This document shows, in pieces, positions 1 to 12,020 of a DNA stretch of 64,000 bases. The stretch comes from an uncultured Pseudomonadota bacterium (GTDB taxonomy: Bacteria > Myxococcota_A > Polyangia > Fen-1088), in assembly GCA_963847705.1 (NCBI GenBank), contig CAWKBC010000030.1, positions 416,001-480,000 of the forward strand, given 5' to 3'. Below the pieces are notes generated by a model. That model did no database searches and was not told the origin of the DNA. It was given only the letters and a program-made list of their open reading frames with translations. A program made the position numbers and the translations under genes. Each line of letters starts with the position of its first letter. The first letter of the stretch is position 1.

Positions 1-239
1 TTCTTCTTGTTCTGATCGGCGTAGCCGCTGAGCGGCTCGAGATCGGCGGGACGATTCTCCTCGGGCGCCTCTTCGGCGGGCCCCTCTTCCTTCTCGTTCT
101 GGGAGGGGGGCGGCTGCATGCCACCACCGCCGGGCGCGCCGAAGCCGCCGGGGCTCATCTGCGCGGCGGCCGGGCGGGCCAGCAGCAACAGGGCGGCGCT
201 CGCCAGCGCCAGCCGGAACCGGCCGTTGGAATCGCTCAC
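1..239 (-). CDS. Secreted protein, N-terminal part only (runs off the window); possibly TIGR04551-type outer-membrane beta-barrel
   Basis: GTG at 239 overlaps the upstream stop (GTGA). Reads MSDSNGRFRLALASAALLLLARPAAAQMSPGGFGAPGGGGMQPPPSQNEKEEGPAEEAPEE: signal peptide plus Gly/Pro/acidic linker. Family call is from recollection only. Confidence 0.55.
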   Translation of the reverse strand, partial: MSDSNGRFRLALASAALLLLARPAAAQMSPGGFGAPGGGGMQPPPSQNEKEEGPAEEAPEENRPADLEPLSGYADQNKK

Positions 240-670
240 GCCTCGGACCCCGCGCAGAGCTCGAACAGCACGCCGCCGGTGGAGTCGGGGTGCAGGAAGG
301 CGACGTCGTGCCCGCGCGCACCCGGGCGCGGCGTCTCGTCGATGAGGCGAACGCCGGCGGCCTTCAGCTCGGCGAGGGCGGCGGGGAGATCCTCCACCGC
401 GAAGCAGACGTGGTGAAGGCCCGGCCCACGGCGCGCCAAGAAGCGCTCGAGCGCGGCGTTTCCGCGCGGCGCACAGAGCTCCAGCGCGGCGTCTGGCATC
501 CCACTCTGTCCGCTGCCGTGCGGATGCAGGAAGGCGACGTCCGTGGCCTGGGAGGCGACGTGCTCGCGCGCGCCGGTGGTGAGGCCGAACAGCGCGCTCA
601 GGCTGGCGGCGGCGGCGTCACGCTCCGCAACCGCGATGGCGACGTGATCGATGCGCTTGACCTTGATCAT
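236..670 (-). CDS. mce: Methylmalonyl-CoA epimerase (VOC fold)
   Basis: IDHVAIAV, GPGLHHVCFAVED, VRLIDETPRPGARG, VAFLHPDSTGGVLFEL motifs; start placed at MIKVKRIDH. Confidence 0.88.
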   Translation of the reverse strand: MIKVKRIDHVAIAVAERDAAAASLSALFGLTTGAREHVASQATDVAFLHPHGSGQSGMPDAALELCAPRGNAALERFLARRGPGLHHVCFAVEDLPAALAELKAAGVRLIDETPRPGARGHDVAFLHPDSTGGVLFELCAGSEA

Positions 671-782
671 CTGTTTGGCGAGGCGAGTTGCGACGTGGGG
701 TGGCGAAAGGGCCCGCACCATATATCAGGGCGGCGCAAGATGGAAAGTGGATTGCGGGAACGGTGTCGATAAGATCCGGCGG

Positions 783-887
783 ATGCTTACGACCGCGGCT
801 GCGGGTCTCTGGTTGCCCGACGCAAGAACGTCGCTCGGGTTGCCCGGGTCGAGAACGCCGCCCGGGTCGCCTGAAAGGCCGCTGTGA
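783..887 (+). CDS. Putative leaderless upstream peptide (34 aa) translationally coupled to nagZ
   Basis: TAAGAT (770-775) lies 7 nt before ATG 783; its TGA overlaps the nagZ GTG (GTGA 884-887); contains an imperfect 27-bp repeat. Confidence 0.4.
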   Translation: MLTTAAAGLWLPDARTSLGLPGSRTPPGSPERPL

Positions 888-2005
888 CCGCGTCGCGCCT
901 GCGCCAGCTCGCCGGGCAGCTCCTGTCGGTCGGTTTCGAGGGGACGGCGGCGCCCGCGGCGCTGCGGGCGCGTATCGCCGCGTCGGAGGTCGGTGGCGTG
1001 ATGCTGTTCCGCCCCAACATCGCAGATCCGGGTCAGGTGGCGGCGCTCGTGGCCTCGCTCCGGGGCGCCGCCCCGCCGGAGACGCCGCTCCTGGTTTCGA
1101 TCGATCAGGAGGGCGGGGTGGTGCAGCGGGTGCGGGCGCCCGCCACGGTCTGGCCGCCGATGCTGGCGGTCGGCGAGGCCGGCGACGGGGCGCGAACGAC
1201 CGCGGTCGGTCGGGCGCTGGGCGAGGAGCTGGCGGCGCTCGGTGTCGGGTGGGACTTCGCGCCGGTGCTCGACGTGCACACCAATCCAGCGAACCCGGTG
1301 ATCGGCAACCGCGCCTTCGGAACCACCCCCGAGGGGGTTTCGGTGCAGGCGCTGGCGTTCTGGCGGGGGTTGCGCGGCGCGGGGCTGGTCGGCTGCGGCA
1401 AGCACTTCCCCGGCCACGGCGACACCCGCACCGACTCGCACCACGAGCTGCCGGTCGTCCCCCACGATCTCGCTCGCCTGCGCCGGGTGGAGCTGGCGCC
1501 GTTCGCCGCCGCTGCCGCCGCCGGGATGGAGGCGTTCATGACCGCCCACGTTCTCTATCCGGCGCTCGATCCCGACCGTCCGGCGACGCTGTCACGCCGG
1601 ATCGCCACCGGGCTCTTGCGCGGTGAGCTGGGGTTTCGCGGCGTGCTGGTCTCCGACGATCTCGGGATGAAGGCCGTCGCCGATCGCTACCCGATCGAGG
1701 AGCTGGCGGTCGGCGCGATCGAGGCCGGTTGCGACCACCTCTTGATCCGCGAACCCGAGGCGCGCCAGCGCGCGGCCTTCGAGGCGATCGTTCGCGCTGC
1801 CGAGGCGCGGGCCGACTTTCGGGCCCGGGTCGAGGAGAGCGCCGCGCGCGTCGCCGCGCTGAAGGCCGCCTGCCGGGTCGCGCTCCCCGCGCCCGCGGCG
1901 ATGCTGCCCTCGCTGCTCGGCACGCCGGCACACCGGGCGCTGGCGGGATCGTTCGGCGCGGCGCCGCCTTCGGCGGCGGGCAGCTCGCCGGTCGCGACCG
2001 GGTAG
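884..2005 (+). CDS. nagZ: Beta-N-acetylhexosaminidase (GH3, NagZ type)
   Basis: SIDQEGG, FAPVLDV, CGKHFPGHGDTRTDSH, VSDDLGM: diagnostic KHFPGHG-x4-DSH motif. Confidence 0.92.
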   Translation: MTASRLRQLAGQLLSVGFEGTAAPAALRARIAASEVGGVMLFRPNIADPGQVAALVASLRGAAPPETPLLVSIDQEGGVVQRVRAPATVWPPMLAVGEAGDGARTTAVGRALGEELAALGVGWDFAPVLDVHTNPANPVIGNRAFGTTPEGVSVQALAFWRGLRGAGLVGCGKHFPGHGDTRTDSHHELPVVPHDLARLRRVELAPFAAAAAAGMEAFMTAHVLYPALDPDRPATLSRRIATGLLRGELGFRGVLVSDDLGMKAVADRYPIEELAVGAIEAGCDHLLIREPEARQRAAFEAIVRAAEARADFRARVEESAARVAALKAACRVALPAPAAMLPSLLGTPAHRALAGSFGAAPPSAAGSSPVATG

Positions 2006-2718
2006 CCCCTCGCGTTGGCCCTCTCGCCGCTTCGCGGGGCGAGGGGATCGGAACGAACTGAGATCTTCACGCCCATCGCCAGACCCTCGCCCGTCGGCAG
2101 GGGGGTGGCGCGGAAGCGCCCGCCGCGGGCCAGCTTCTCGTGCACCGCCTGCATCGCCCGGATGGAGGCGGCGCGCTCGCCGGCGGGCGTCTCGTGCAGG
2201 TGGCCGAACAGGAAGGCGTTGTCGAGCAGCACGAGACCGCCGGGACGCAGGTTGTCGGCGGCCCAGTCGAGGTAGCGCGGATATCCCTCTTTGTCCGCGT
2301 CGATGAAGACCAGATCGTAGGGCCCGCCTGCCACCAGGCGCGGCAAGATCTCCAGCGCGGGGCCGACGTGAACCCGGGCGCGCGCGCCGAAGCCGGCGCG
2401 GCGAAAGCTCTCGCGCGCCACCTCGGCGTGGCGTGGCTCGCTGTCGATCGTATCGAGCTCGCCCGTCACGCCCAGACCGCGCAGGATCGAGACACCCGAG
2501 TAACCGCCCAGCGTACCGATCTCCACGGCGCGTCGCGCACCGGCCGCGCGGGTCAACACCTCCAGATGGCGCGCGTCGAGCGCCGCAACCTGGATGTCGG
2601 GCAGCCCGGCCGCGGCGCTGCGGGCCCGGATCTCGGTGAGGACCTCGTCCTCGGGGGCGTACATTCGTTGCAGCCACGCGGCGACGTGGGCGTCGTCGCT
2701 CCCGAAGCCCTTGTTCAT
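1687..2718 (-). CDS. SAM-dependent O-methyltransferase (caffeoyl-CoA OMT / Methyltransf_3-like); domain ends near 2060, annotated frame reads through antisense to nagZ
   Basis: VEIGTLGGYS, YDLVFIDADK, GGLVLLDN motifs; ATG 2718 overlaps the upstream stop (ATGA); first in-frame stop only at 1687. Confidence 0.85.
   Translation of the reverse strand: MNKGFGSDDAHVAAWLQRMYAPEDEVLTEIRARSAAAGLPDIQVAALDARHLEVLTRAAGARRAVEIGTLGGYSGVSILRGLGVTGELDTIDSEPRHAEVARESFRRAGFGARARVHVGPALEILPRLVAGGPYDLVFIDADKEGYPRYLDWAADNLRPGGLVLLDNAFLFGHLHETPAGERAASIRAMQAVHEKLARGGRFRATPLPTGEGLAMGVKISVRSDPLAPRSGERANARGYPVATGELPAAEGGAAPNDPASARCAGVPSSEGSIAAGAGSATRQAAFSAATRAALSSTRARKSARASAARTIASKAARWRASGSRIKRWSQPASIAPTASSSIG
2006..2046. 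repeat. REP-like imperfect palindrome between convergent genes
   Basis: CCCCTCGCGTTGGCCCTCTCGCCGC-TTC-GCGGGGCGAGGGG resembles the widespread CCCCTCACCCxxxCCCTCTCCCCG...GGGGAGAGGG extragenic palindrome family. Confidence 0.55.
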
Positions 2719-4856
2719 GCCTTGACCCTGCCGCGCCGAAACCGCAGGGTCAACAGCGACTCGAGCAGCACGAGCGCGATGGCGGCAGCGCCCAGCGCGT
2801 GCCACAGCTCGAGCCGCCGGCGCGGCGCCACCCCGGGGGTGGTGGACCCCGCGGTGCGATCGGGGCGCTTGTCCTCGGGGAGTCGCGCCGGATCCGACTC
2901 GTGCGGGTCGAGGTTGACGACGAAGGCAGCGTCGGGACGATCGGTGATGGTGCCGTCGCCGCGCGCCGCGCGCACGCGATAGAAGCCGGGCTCGTCGGTC
3001 TCCGCGAAGGTGAGGGTGCGGCGGGCGCGGGCGTCGCCGCTGCGTGCGGGTGGCGTCAGCCAGCGCGACTCGCCGGCGGGGGGCACGATCTCCACCCGGC
3101 GATCGTCGGGCTCGAGCGCGATCTCCCGCTTCTGTCCGACCGCGATGGCGGTGGCTGCCTCGCCGGACGGGGCGCCGGCCAGGTAGCGGGCGATCTCCTG
3201 AATCAGCGGCAGGAATCCCGGGCGGATCGGCAGGTCGGTCCATTCGCGGTCGACCGTGGTGGTGAGCAGGAGGACGCGTCCGCGACCGACCTCGGCTTCG
3301 ACCAGCGCCGGCGCGCCGCTCTCGTAGCGGAGCACGATCTGCCGTCCGGGCGCGTCCGGCTGCGGTGAGAGCAGCACGTACTGGAAGAAGCGCGCGGACG
3401 ACAACCCGTCGCCGTGCGCCGGAAAGGCCGACAGGAGCGGGTGGCGGCGATCGATCGGCGCCAGGCGCTCGGCCGGGCGGAGATCGACCGTCTCCCCCTC
3501 GGCGTGCGCGCCTGGCAGCGCGGCGGCGCTCCGTTTGAGGCCGAGCGGCTGCGGCAGGATCTCCTTGGCGGCCTGGTTCCAGGCGTCGGTGTCGACGCGG
3601 TCGCCGACCGAGATGAAGAGGCCCCCGCCCGCCTCGACGTAATGGATCAGCGCCGCGGCCACCGTCGGCGACGGGCGATTCACGTTGGCCACGAAGATGG
3701 CGCCGAAGGCGGAGAGGTCGCGGCCGGCGAGGTCGTCGGGGAGCGTGCTCGTGACCGAGAAGCCGCTCCCCCCCGCCCGCAGCGCCGCGTCGAGGAAGAA
3801 GGTCTCGTCCTCCGTCCGGACGGTGCGTGGATCTCCGTCGACGATCAGCACCCGCAGACCCCGTGAGGCCTCGACCAGGCAAGCCCGCCGATCGTCGAGC
3901 GGGAAGGCGTCCTTGTCGATCGCCACCTCGGCCTCGTGCGCGCTGCCGCCGGCGGTGGTGAGGACGAACCGCTTGCGGGCGCGACCAGCCGCGGGGACGT
4001 CGACGAAGCCACGCGCCACCTCGGCGCCGTCGAGCGCCAGCGTCACGCCGAGGTTCCGCACCGGCTCGGGCGAGAAGTTGGCGATCTCGGCGATGACCGC
4101 GATCCCCTGGGCCCCCTCCTCGGGCGCCGGCTCGGCGTCGAGCGCGAGCACCGCGCGGTTGGTCCAGGCAGCGCCCCCGCTGGCGTCGAGCAGGACGATC
4201 TGGGGAGCGCCCGGGCCGGTGGCGGGCTTGACGTCGTCCCACCCCGCCGCCTGCAGATCGGTGGCGACGTAGATCAGGCGATCGGCCCGGGTGGAGCCGG
4301 CCAGGATCTGCGTCGCGCGCCGAAGGGCGGCGGCAAAATCGGCGCGGCGGGCCGAGCTCGGGACCGCCTCGAGCGCGGCCACCACGCGCGCCCGATCGCT
4401 GGCCAGCTCGGCGATCGGCGCCGCCGAGCCCTCCGACGCCAGCACCAGCGCGACCTCCGAGTCGCCCGACAGATGCTCGATCACCGCCCGGGCCTTGGCA
4501 CGGGCGGCGTCGAACGGCGTTCCCCCCTCGGCCGCCCGCCGGCGCATGCTGGCCGAGTCGTCGAGGACCACCACCGCGCTCTGCGAACGGCCGGTCACCG
4601 CCGGCAGGTCCGACCGGACCTCGGCGAACGGGCGGGCGAAGGCCAGCGGCAGCGCCATCGCCAGGCCGGTGCGGGCGAACAGCAAGAGCGCGTCGCGCAG
4701 CCTCCGCCGCGCCGAGACCTCGTGCTCGGCGCGCAGCAGAAGCTCCATCGCCGCGAAGCGGATCGGCCGGGCATGGCGCCGCCCGATCCGGTGGATGATC
4801 GCCGGGAGGGCGGCGGCCAGGAGGCCGAGCAAGAGCGAGGGCGCGAGAAAATGCAT
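2715..4856 (-). CDS. BatA + vWA + GATase-like domain membrane protein (MoxR-associated)
   Basis: N-terminal BatA (LPAIIH...IRFAAMELL), MIDAS-like VVVLDDSASM, C-terminal TM ending LLESLL. Confidence 0.85.
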   Translation of the reverse strand: MHFLAPSLLLGLLAAALPAIIHRIGRRHARPIRFAAMELLLRAEHEVSARRRLRDALLLFARTGLAMALPLAFARPFAEVRSDLPAVTGRSQSAVVVLDDSASMRRRAAEGGTPFDAARAKARAVIEHLSGDSEVALVLASEGSAAPIAELASDRARVVAALEAVPSSARRADFAAALRRATQILAGSTRADRLIYVATDLQAAGWDDVKPATGPGAPQIVLLDASGGAAWTNRAVLALDAEPAPEEGAQGIAVIAEIANFSPEPVRNLGVTLALDGAEVARGFVDVPAAGRARKRFVLTTAGGSAHEAEVAIDKDAFPLDDRRACLVEASRGLRVLIVDGDPRTVRTEDETFFLDAALRAGGSGFSVTSTLPDDLAGRDLSAFGAIFVANVNRPSPTVAAALIHYVEAGGGLFISVGDRVDTDAWNQAAKEILPQPLGLKRSAAALPGAHAEGETVDLRPAERLAPIDRRHPLLSAFPAHGDGLSSARFFQYVLLSPQPDAPGRQIVLRYESGAPALVEAEVGRGRVLLLTTTVDREWTDLPIRPGFLPLIQEIARYLAGAPSGEAATAIAVGQKREIALEPDDRRVEIVPPAGESRWLTPPARSGDARARRTLTFAETDEPGFYRVRAARGDGTITDRPDAAFVVNLDPHESDPARLPEDKRPDRTAGSTTPGVAPRRRLELWHALGAAAIALVLLESLLTLRFRRGRVKA

Positions 4857-4859
4857 CGG

Positions 4860-5756
<897 letters not shown>

Positions 5757-5771
5757 GGCCCGGCCGCCCCC

Positions 5772-6803
<1,032 letters not shown>

Positions 6804-6960
6804 GCGCGGCCAGAATGCCATGCGGGGCGGGCGGTTGCCACGGCGTCACCCAAATGAACGGCGAAGCGGGCAGCGATCAGCAGATTCCTGACCTCCGGCT
6901 GTGGTGGCGGGCTCGGCCGTGCGGGGCGCTTCGTGTTATTGATGCCCCCAGGAGGCGGTC

Positions 6961-7431
6961 ATGCAGCGTGTGCGTCAATTCTTCCTGGTGGGACTTCTGG
7001 CGACGACGGTGTTCGGCGCCCTGACGCTGGCGCCCCGGGCCGCGGTCGCGGGCGGGCGGATCGTGGTGAGCGACGTCGAGTTCGGCTCCTTCGCCTCGGA
7101 GAAGGAGATGAACGCCGCCCTCAAGAAGCAGGGGAAGACGACCTTCAAGGGGGGCGGGTCCTGGACGCTCAACATGATGATCTTCCTGGGCGCCGGGGCC
7201 GGCGGCAACAAGATCAACGTCGTCTATTACGACGTCTCCAAGCATCCGCCCGACCAGGTCAACTTCACCGAGGTGGGCGTCAAGCCCGACCAGAAGATCG
7301 TCCAGCTCAACGGCCAGGCGATCTCGACCGACATGGGGTTCGTCAAAGGGCACAAGTACGAGGTGCGCGCCACCCGGGTGGTGGGCGGCAAAGAGAAGGT
7401 CTACGCCAAGACCACGATCACCTTGAAGTGA
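6961..7431 (+). CDS. Secreted hypothetical protein (beta-rich, Lys-rich)
   Basis: AGGAGG RBS, signal peptide ending AVA, strong GC3 codon bias. Confidence 0.8.
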   Translation: MQRVRQFFLVGLLATTVFGALTLAPRAAVAGGRIVVSDVEFGSFASEKEMNAALKKQGKTTFKGGGSWTLNMMIFLGAGAGGNKINVVYYDVSKHPPDQVNFTEVGVKPDQKIVQLNGQAISTDMGFVKGHKYEVRATRVVGGKEKVYAKTTITLK

Positions 7432-7438
7432 TCGCGCC

Positions 7439-9682
7439 TTGACCGTGATGGCGCCGAGGCCCGCGCGCGCCCTCGCGGTTGCGCTGCTGGCGATCGTGGC
7501 GTCGTCGTCGTTGACGGGTTGTGTCCGGGCGCCGCGCGGCGAGACTCCCGACAAGAACGCGCTCTACCTCGATCCACGCCGCCCGGCCCCCGAGCGGGCC
7601 GCGGATCTGGTGCGGCGGATGACCGTCGGCGAGAAGCTCGGGCAATTGATGACGTCGGCCCCAGAGATCCCGCGCCTCGGCGTCCCGGCCTACGACTGGT
7701 GGAGCGAGGCGCTGCACGGCGTGGCCCGCGCCGGCCGCGCCACGGTCTTCCCGCAGGCGATCGCGCTGGCGGCGACGTTCGACGCGCCGCTGGTTCGGGA
7801 GGTGGCGAGCGTCATCTCCGACGAGGCGCGCGCGAAGTTCAACCTCGCCCAGGCGCGCGGCGAGGGCGGCCGCTACCAGGGGCTGACGTTCTTCTCGCCC
7901 AACATCAACATCTTCCGCGATCCGCGCTGGGGACGCGGGCAGGAGACCTACGGCGAGGACCCGCTCTTGACCTCGCGGATGGGCGTCGCGTTCATCGAGG
8001 GGATGCAGGGGGAGGAGCAGGGCCGCGTTGACGACGCGGGTCTCCTCAAGACCGTCGCCACCGCCAAGCATTTCGCGGTGCACAGCGGACCGGAGGCCGA
8101 TCGCCATTCGTTCGACGCACGCCCGAGCGAGCACGATCTGGCCGACACCTACCTGCCGCAGTTCGAGGCCGCCGTGCGCGAGGCGCATGTCGGGTCGGTG
8201 ATGGCCGCCTACAACCGCGTCGACGGCGCGCCGGCCGCGGCCAGCCCGCGGCTGCTCGAGGAGACGCTGCGCAAGACCTGGGGGTTCGCCGGCTACGTGG
8301 TCGGCGACTGCGGCGCGGTGGACGACATCTTCGCCCGCCATCATGCAGCGCCCTCGCCCGAGGCGGCCGCGGCGATGGCGCTGCGCGCGGGGACCGATCT
8401 CGACTGCGGCCGGGCGTACGCCGCGCTGGGGCCGGCGCTGGCAGGTGGCCTCGTGACCCAGGCGGAGCTCGATCGCGCTCTGGTCCGTCTTTTCACCGCG
8501 CGCTTCCGGCTGGGGTTGTTCGATCCCGGGGTGGCGACGCCCTGGTCGGCGCTCGGTGAGGCGACGCTCGACTCGCCCGCGCACCGGCAGCTGGCCCGCG
8601 CGGCGGCGGCGCGGGCGGTGGTGTTGCTGGAGAATCGAGAGGGGGCCTTGCCGCTCGGACAGTCGGTGAAGCGGATCGCGGTGGTGGGACCGACGGCCGA
8701 CGACGAGGAGGTGTTGCTGGCCAACTACCACGGCACGCCCTCGCACGCGGTGACCCTGCTCGAAGGCATTCGCGCCGCCGCCCGCGCCCGCGGTGCGACG
8801 GTCCGTTACGCGCGCGGCGCCACGCTGGCGGGTTCCGGCGGCTCGAGCGCCCAGCTGCGCGAGGCGATCAGCGCCGCACGCAAGAGCGACGTCGTGGTCG
8901 CCGTCCTCGGGCTCGATCCGCGGCTCGAAGGGGAAGAGAACGACAGCGCGCTCAACCCCGCGGGCGATCGCCGCGCGCTGGGCCTGCCGGCCTCGCAGGA
9001 GAACCTGCTGGAGGCGCTGGTGGCCACCGGCAAGCCGGTGATCGTCGTGCTCACCGGCGGCAGCGCGCTCGCCGTCCCCTTCGCCGCGGCGCACGCCGCC
9101 GCGCTGCTCGAGGCCTGGTACCCGGGCGAGGAGGGGGGGGACGGCGTCGCGGACGTTCTCTTCGGTGAGGTGAATCCAGCCGGTCGGCTGCCGATCACCT
9201 TCTATCGCTCGCTGGCCGAGCTGCCGCCCTTCGCCGACTATGCGATGCGCGGGCGCACCTACCGCTACCTCACGCAGCCGCCGCTCTACCAGTTCGGCGA
9301 GGGCCTCTCGTACACCACGTTCGGGTACGCAAATCTGGTGGTCACGCCGGATCTCAAGACGATCTCCGTCGAGGTGGAGAATCGCGGCGGGCGGGCCGGC
9401 GACGAGGTGGTGGAGGTCTATCTGATCCCCCGAGACCCGCCCGCCTATGCACCGCGCCTCTGGCTGGCGGCCTTCGCGCGCGTTCCGCTCACGCCGGGGG
9501 AGCGACGGACCGTCTCGCTGGCGCTGCCTCCGGAGGCGCTGACGCTGGTCGACGAGCAGGGACAGCGGCGGCCGATCACGGGGACAGTCGACATCGCGGT
9601 CGGCGGCGCCCAGCCGGATCGCGAGGGGCGCTACGCCGACGGCGCCCGAGGCCTCACGACCTCGGTGCGCCTCGGAAACTGA
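7439..9682 (+). CDS. GH3 beta-xylosidase/beta-glucosidase lipoprotein with Fn3-like C-terminus
   Basis: Lipobox LTGC, WWSEALHGV, SPNINIFRDPRWGRGQETYGEDP, KHFAVH, YVVGDC nucleophile, FGEGLSYTTF. Confidence 0.92.
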   Translation: MTVMAPRPARALAVALLAIVASSSLTGCVRAPRGETPDKNALYLDPRRPAPERAADLVRRMTVGEKLGQLMTSAPEIPRLGVPAYDWWSEALHGVARAGRATVFPQAIALAATFDAPLVREVASVISDEARAKFNLAQARGEGGRYQGLTFFSPNINIFRDPRWGRGQETYGEDPLLTSRMGVAFIEGMQGEEQGRVDDAGLLKTVATAKHFAVHSGPEADRHSFDARPSEHDLADTYLPQFEAAVREAHVGSVMAAYNRVDGAPAAASPRLLEETLRKTWGFAGYVVGDCGAVDDIFARHHAAPSPEAAAAMALRAGTDLDCGRAYAALGPALAGGLVTQAELDRALVRLFTARFRLGLFDPGVATPWSALGEATLDSPAHRQLARAAAARAVVLLENREGALPLGQSVKRIAVVGPTADDEEVLLANYHGTPSHAVTLLEGIRAAARARGATVRYARGATLAGSGGSSAQLREAISAARKSDVVVAVLGLDPRLEGEENDSALNPAGDRRALGLPASQENLLEALVATGKPVIVVLTGGSALAVPFAAAHAAALLEAWYPGEEGGDGVADVLFGEVNPAGRLPITFYRSLAELPPFADYAMRGRTYRYLTQPPLYQFGEGLSYTTFGYANLVVTPDLKTISVEVENRGGRAGDEVVEVYLIPRDPPAYAPRLWLAAFARVPLTPGERRTVSLALPPEALTLVDEQGQRRPITGTVDIAVGGAQPDREGRYADGARGLTTSVRLGN

Positions 9683-9684
9683 GG

Positions 9685-10257
9685 CTAACGGAAGAAGTAA
9701 ACGAACCCGAAGTCGTTGGCTTCCTGGCCGCCCAGCGAGAAGGTGGTGGCAGAGTTGTTGTCTCCGAAGGAGAGCGAGAAGCCGACGCGACCGAGAAGCG
9801 CGAAGTTGGGGGTCAGGAAGACGCGGGCTTCGACGCCAGGATCGAGCGAGAACAGCGTCCGCGAGTTACCGGGCCCGGGCGCCGACTGGTAAGCGAGGCC
9901 TACGCCGCCGCCAATTGAAAAGTCGGCGCTCGCGCCGCGGGCCAGGTGGTACCAACCGGAGCCCCCGACGTCGAAGTTCGTCGTCGAAGCCCCATTTTGC
10001 GACGCGGTGGAGAACCCGAGGACGGCCTCGATGTGAAAGATGGCGGCGTCATAGACGAAAAGGGCACCGGCGAGGCCAATCGGATCAAGGAAGGCAACCG
10101 CGCCGACGCCGATGCCGCCGCCGCCCAGGGAGGTCACCGGCGCCGCGTTCGGCGGTGGCGCGTTGGCGGGCGGGGGCGGCTCGGTCTGGGCGAAGGCGGG
10201 AGTGGCGGCGCAGAGCGCGAGGCCACCGAGGAGAGAGAGGAGTAGGGGCTTTTTCAT
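9685..10257 (-). CDS. Small outer-membrane beta-barrel protein
   Basis: GGAGGT RBS, signal peptide ending AFA, alternating aromatic/Gly strands, C-terminal FGFVYFFR. Confidence 0.7.
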   Translation of the reverse strand: MKKPLLLSLLGGLALCAATPAFAQTEPPPPANAPPPNAAPVTSLGGGGIGVGAVAFLDPIGLAGALFVYDAAIFHIEAVLGFSTASQNGASTTNFDVGGSGWYHLARGASADFSIGGGVGLAYQSAPGPGNSRTLFSLDPGVEARVFLTPNFALLGRVGFSLSFGDNNSATTFSLGGQEANDFGFVYFFR

Positions 10258-10363
10258 TCGAAACGACCTCCGTTTGTTTTTACGGACGTCCGGCATCTCG
10301 CCGACGCCAGCCCGGCCAGTATCGCTACCTATGCGAGGCCGTCAACTTCGCGCAGCCGCGCGG

Positions 10364-12020
10364 CTACTCGGCGCCCAGCTCTTTGCAGAGCTGCTGCTCG
10401 CGCGCGATCTCGGCGGCGGTCGCCCGCGCATCGGCGGGCAGTCTCCCGTACGCCGCGGCGAGCGCGCAGTGGACGCGCGGGTCGAACGGGTTGGTCGCCA
10501 GCGAGGCGCGCAGCGCGGTGACGGCGCCTGGCGCGTCGCCCAGCGCCAGGCGGGCCTCGCCGGCGATGAGGTTGGGCCAGGGGAGATCGGGGTAGAGCGC
10601 CTGCACCGGGGCCAGCGCCTTGAGCGCCCGCTCGGGCTCGCCGAGCGTCAGGTAGGTTCGCCCCAGCTTCACCGGGAAGATCCAGGTCGCCGAGGGATCG
10701 CTGCGCGTGCTGGCGGTGATGGCCTTCTGCCCCTTTTCGTATTCGGCGGCCGCCGCGCGCGGGTGATCGCGCCCGAGCAGCATGTTGCCGAGCCGCAGGT
10801 AACGAAACGGCGCGCTCGCCTTCAAGGCCGGCGACAGCGCGTCCTCCTCGGCGGGCTTGCGTCCGGAGGCGATGGCGTTCGGCTTGCGGATGTGGGTGGT
10901 GGCGATGTCGATGGCCGGGAAGGTCTTGTAGTGCTGCGCCACCATGAAGGCGCGCCAGCCGCGCTCGAACTCGGGCCACCCGCCGCCGGCGGCGGCCGCC
11001 ACCGCCTGGCGCGCGTCCTCGCCGTCGCCCACGCGCTTGATGGCCTCGCGCAGCGCTGCCATCCCGCCTTTTTCGTAGAGGTAGGCGATGGCGTTCTCGA
11101 CCTCGGCGAAGGCGAGGGTGGCGTCCTCGGCCGACGGCAGCTTGGCCATCGAGGGGTGCATCGCCTCGAAGCTGATGAGGTGGCCGGAGCGCAGCGCCTT
11201 GGCCAGCAGGTGCTCCATCGGCGGCGGGATGCGCCCCCCGGGCGGCTCGCGCCAGCGGCGTTCGAGGAACTTGGCCAGTCCTTCCTGGAACCAGACCGGC
11301 GCCCGGTCTTTCGTCAAGGTGGAGACCGCGTAGTGGACCAGCTCGTGGTTCATGCTGTCGAGCCAGGGGTAGCCGTAGGCCAGCGCGCGCGGGGTGGTGA
11401 CCATCAGGCGCGCCCACTTGCAGAGCGCGATCGTCCCGGTGCGCGCCACCTCGGCCACCGACAGCGAGGAGACCGCCGCCAGATCGGACGGGGCGCGATA
11501 GAACTCGACCCGGATCGGCTGCGCGAGCTCGAAGCCGAGATCGGCGTGCAGCGCGGCGTACGCCGCCTCGACGGTGTCGCGGGCGTAGGGGACGAGGGCG
11601 GCGTCCTCGGGCGCGTAGTGGATGATGGCGTGGGGCGAGCGCTCCTCGCGGAAGTCCTTGATGGCGTCGCGGGCGGCGGCGGCCAGGTCCTTGAGCGACT
11701 TCACCTCCCCGTTGGCCGGCTGCGCGTCGGAGGCCGCGGAGAGCGCCCGGACCGCGCCGTCGTAGTCGCCGGCCAGGAATTTCTGGTAGCCGTCCAGGAA
11801 GTTCGTGGTGGGCGCCCCGGGGGCGGCGGTCTTCAGCGTCGCCAGCGCGGCGGCGGCCTCCTTGAATTGCCAGGCGTCGAGGAGCGCGTCGACCTGCTTG
11901 GCGGCGGCGCCCAGAATCGGCCGGTGTGGCGGGCGCGGGCGCGCCATTGGCCGCCCGCGCCACGGACGCCCCCGCGAGCGAGAGCACGGCCAGGACGAGC
12001 GCCGTCGGACCGCGCCTCAT
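10364..12020 (-). CDS. Secreted TPR + peptidase MA (gluzincin) protein; 1-nt frameshift near 11915
   Basis: HELVH...PVWFQEGLA zinc motif and TPR-like helices; the signal peptide (MRRGPTALVLAVLSLAGASVARA from 12020) is in another frame and is joined by removing one base at GAATC 11914-11918. Confidence 0.82.
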
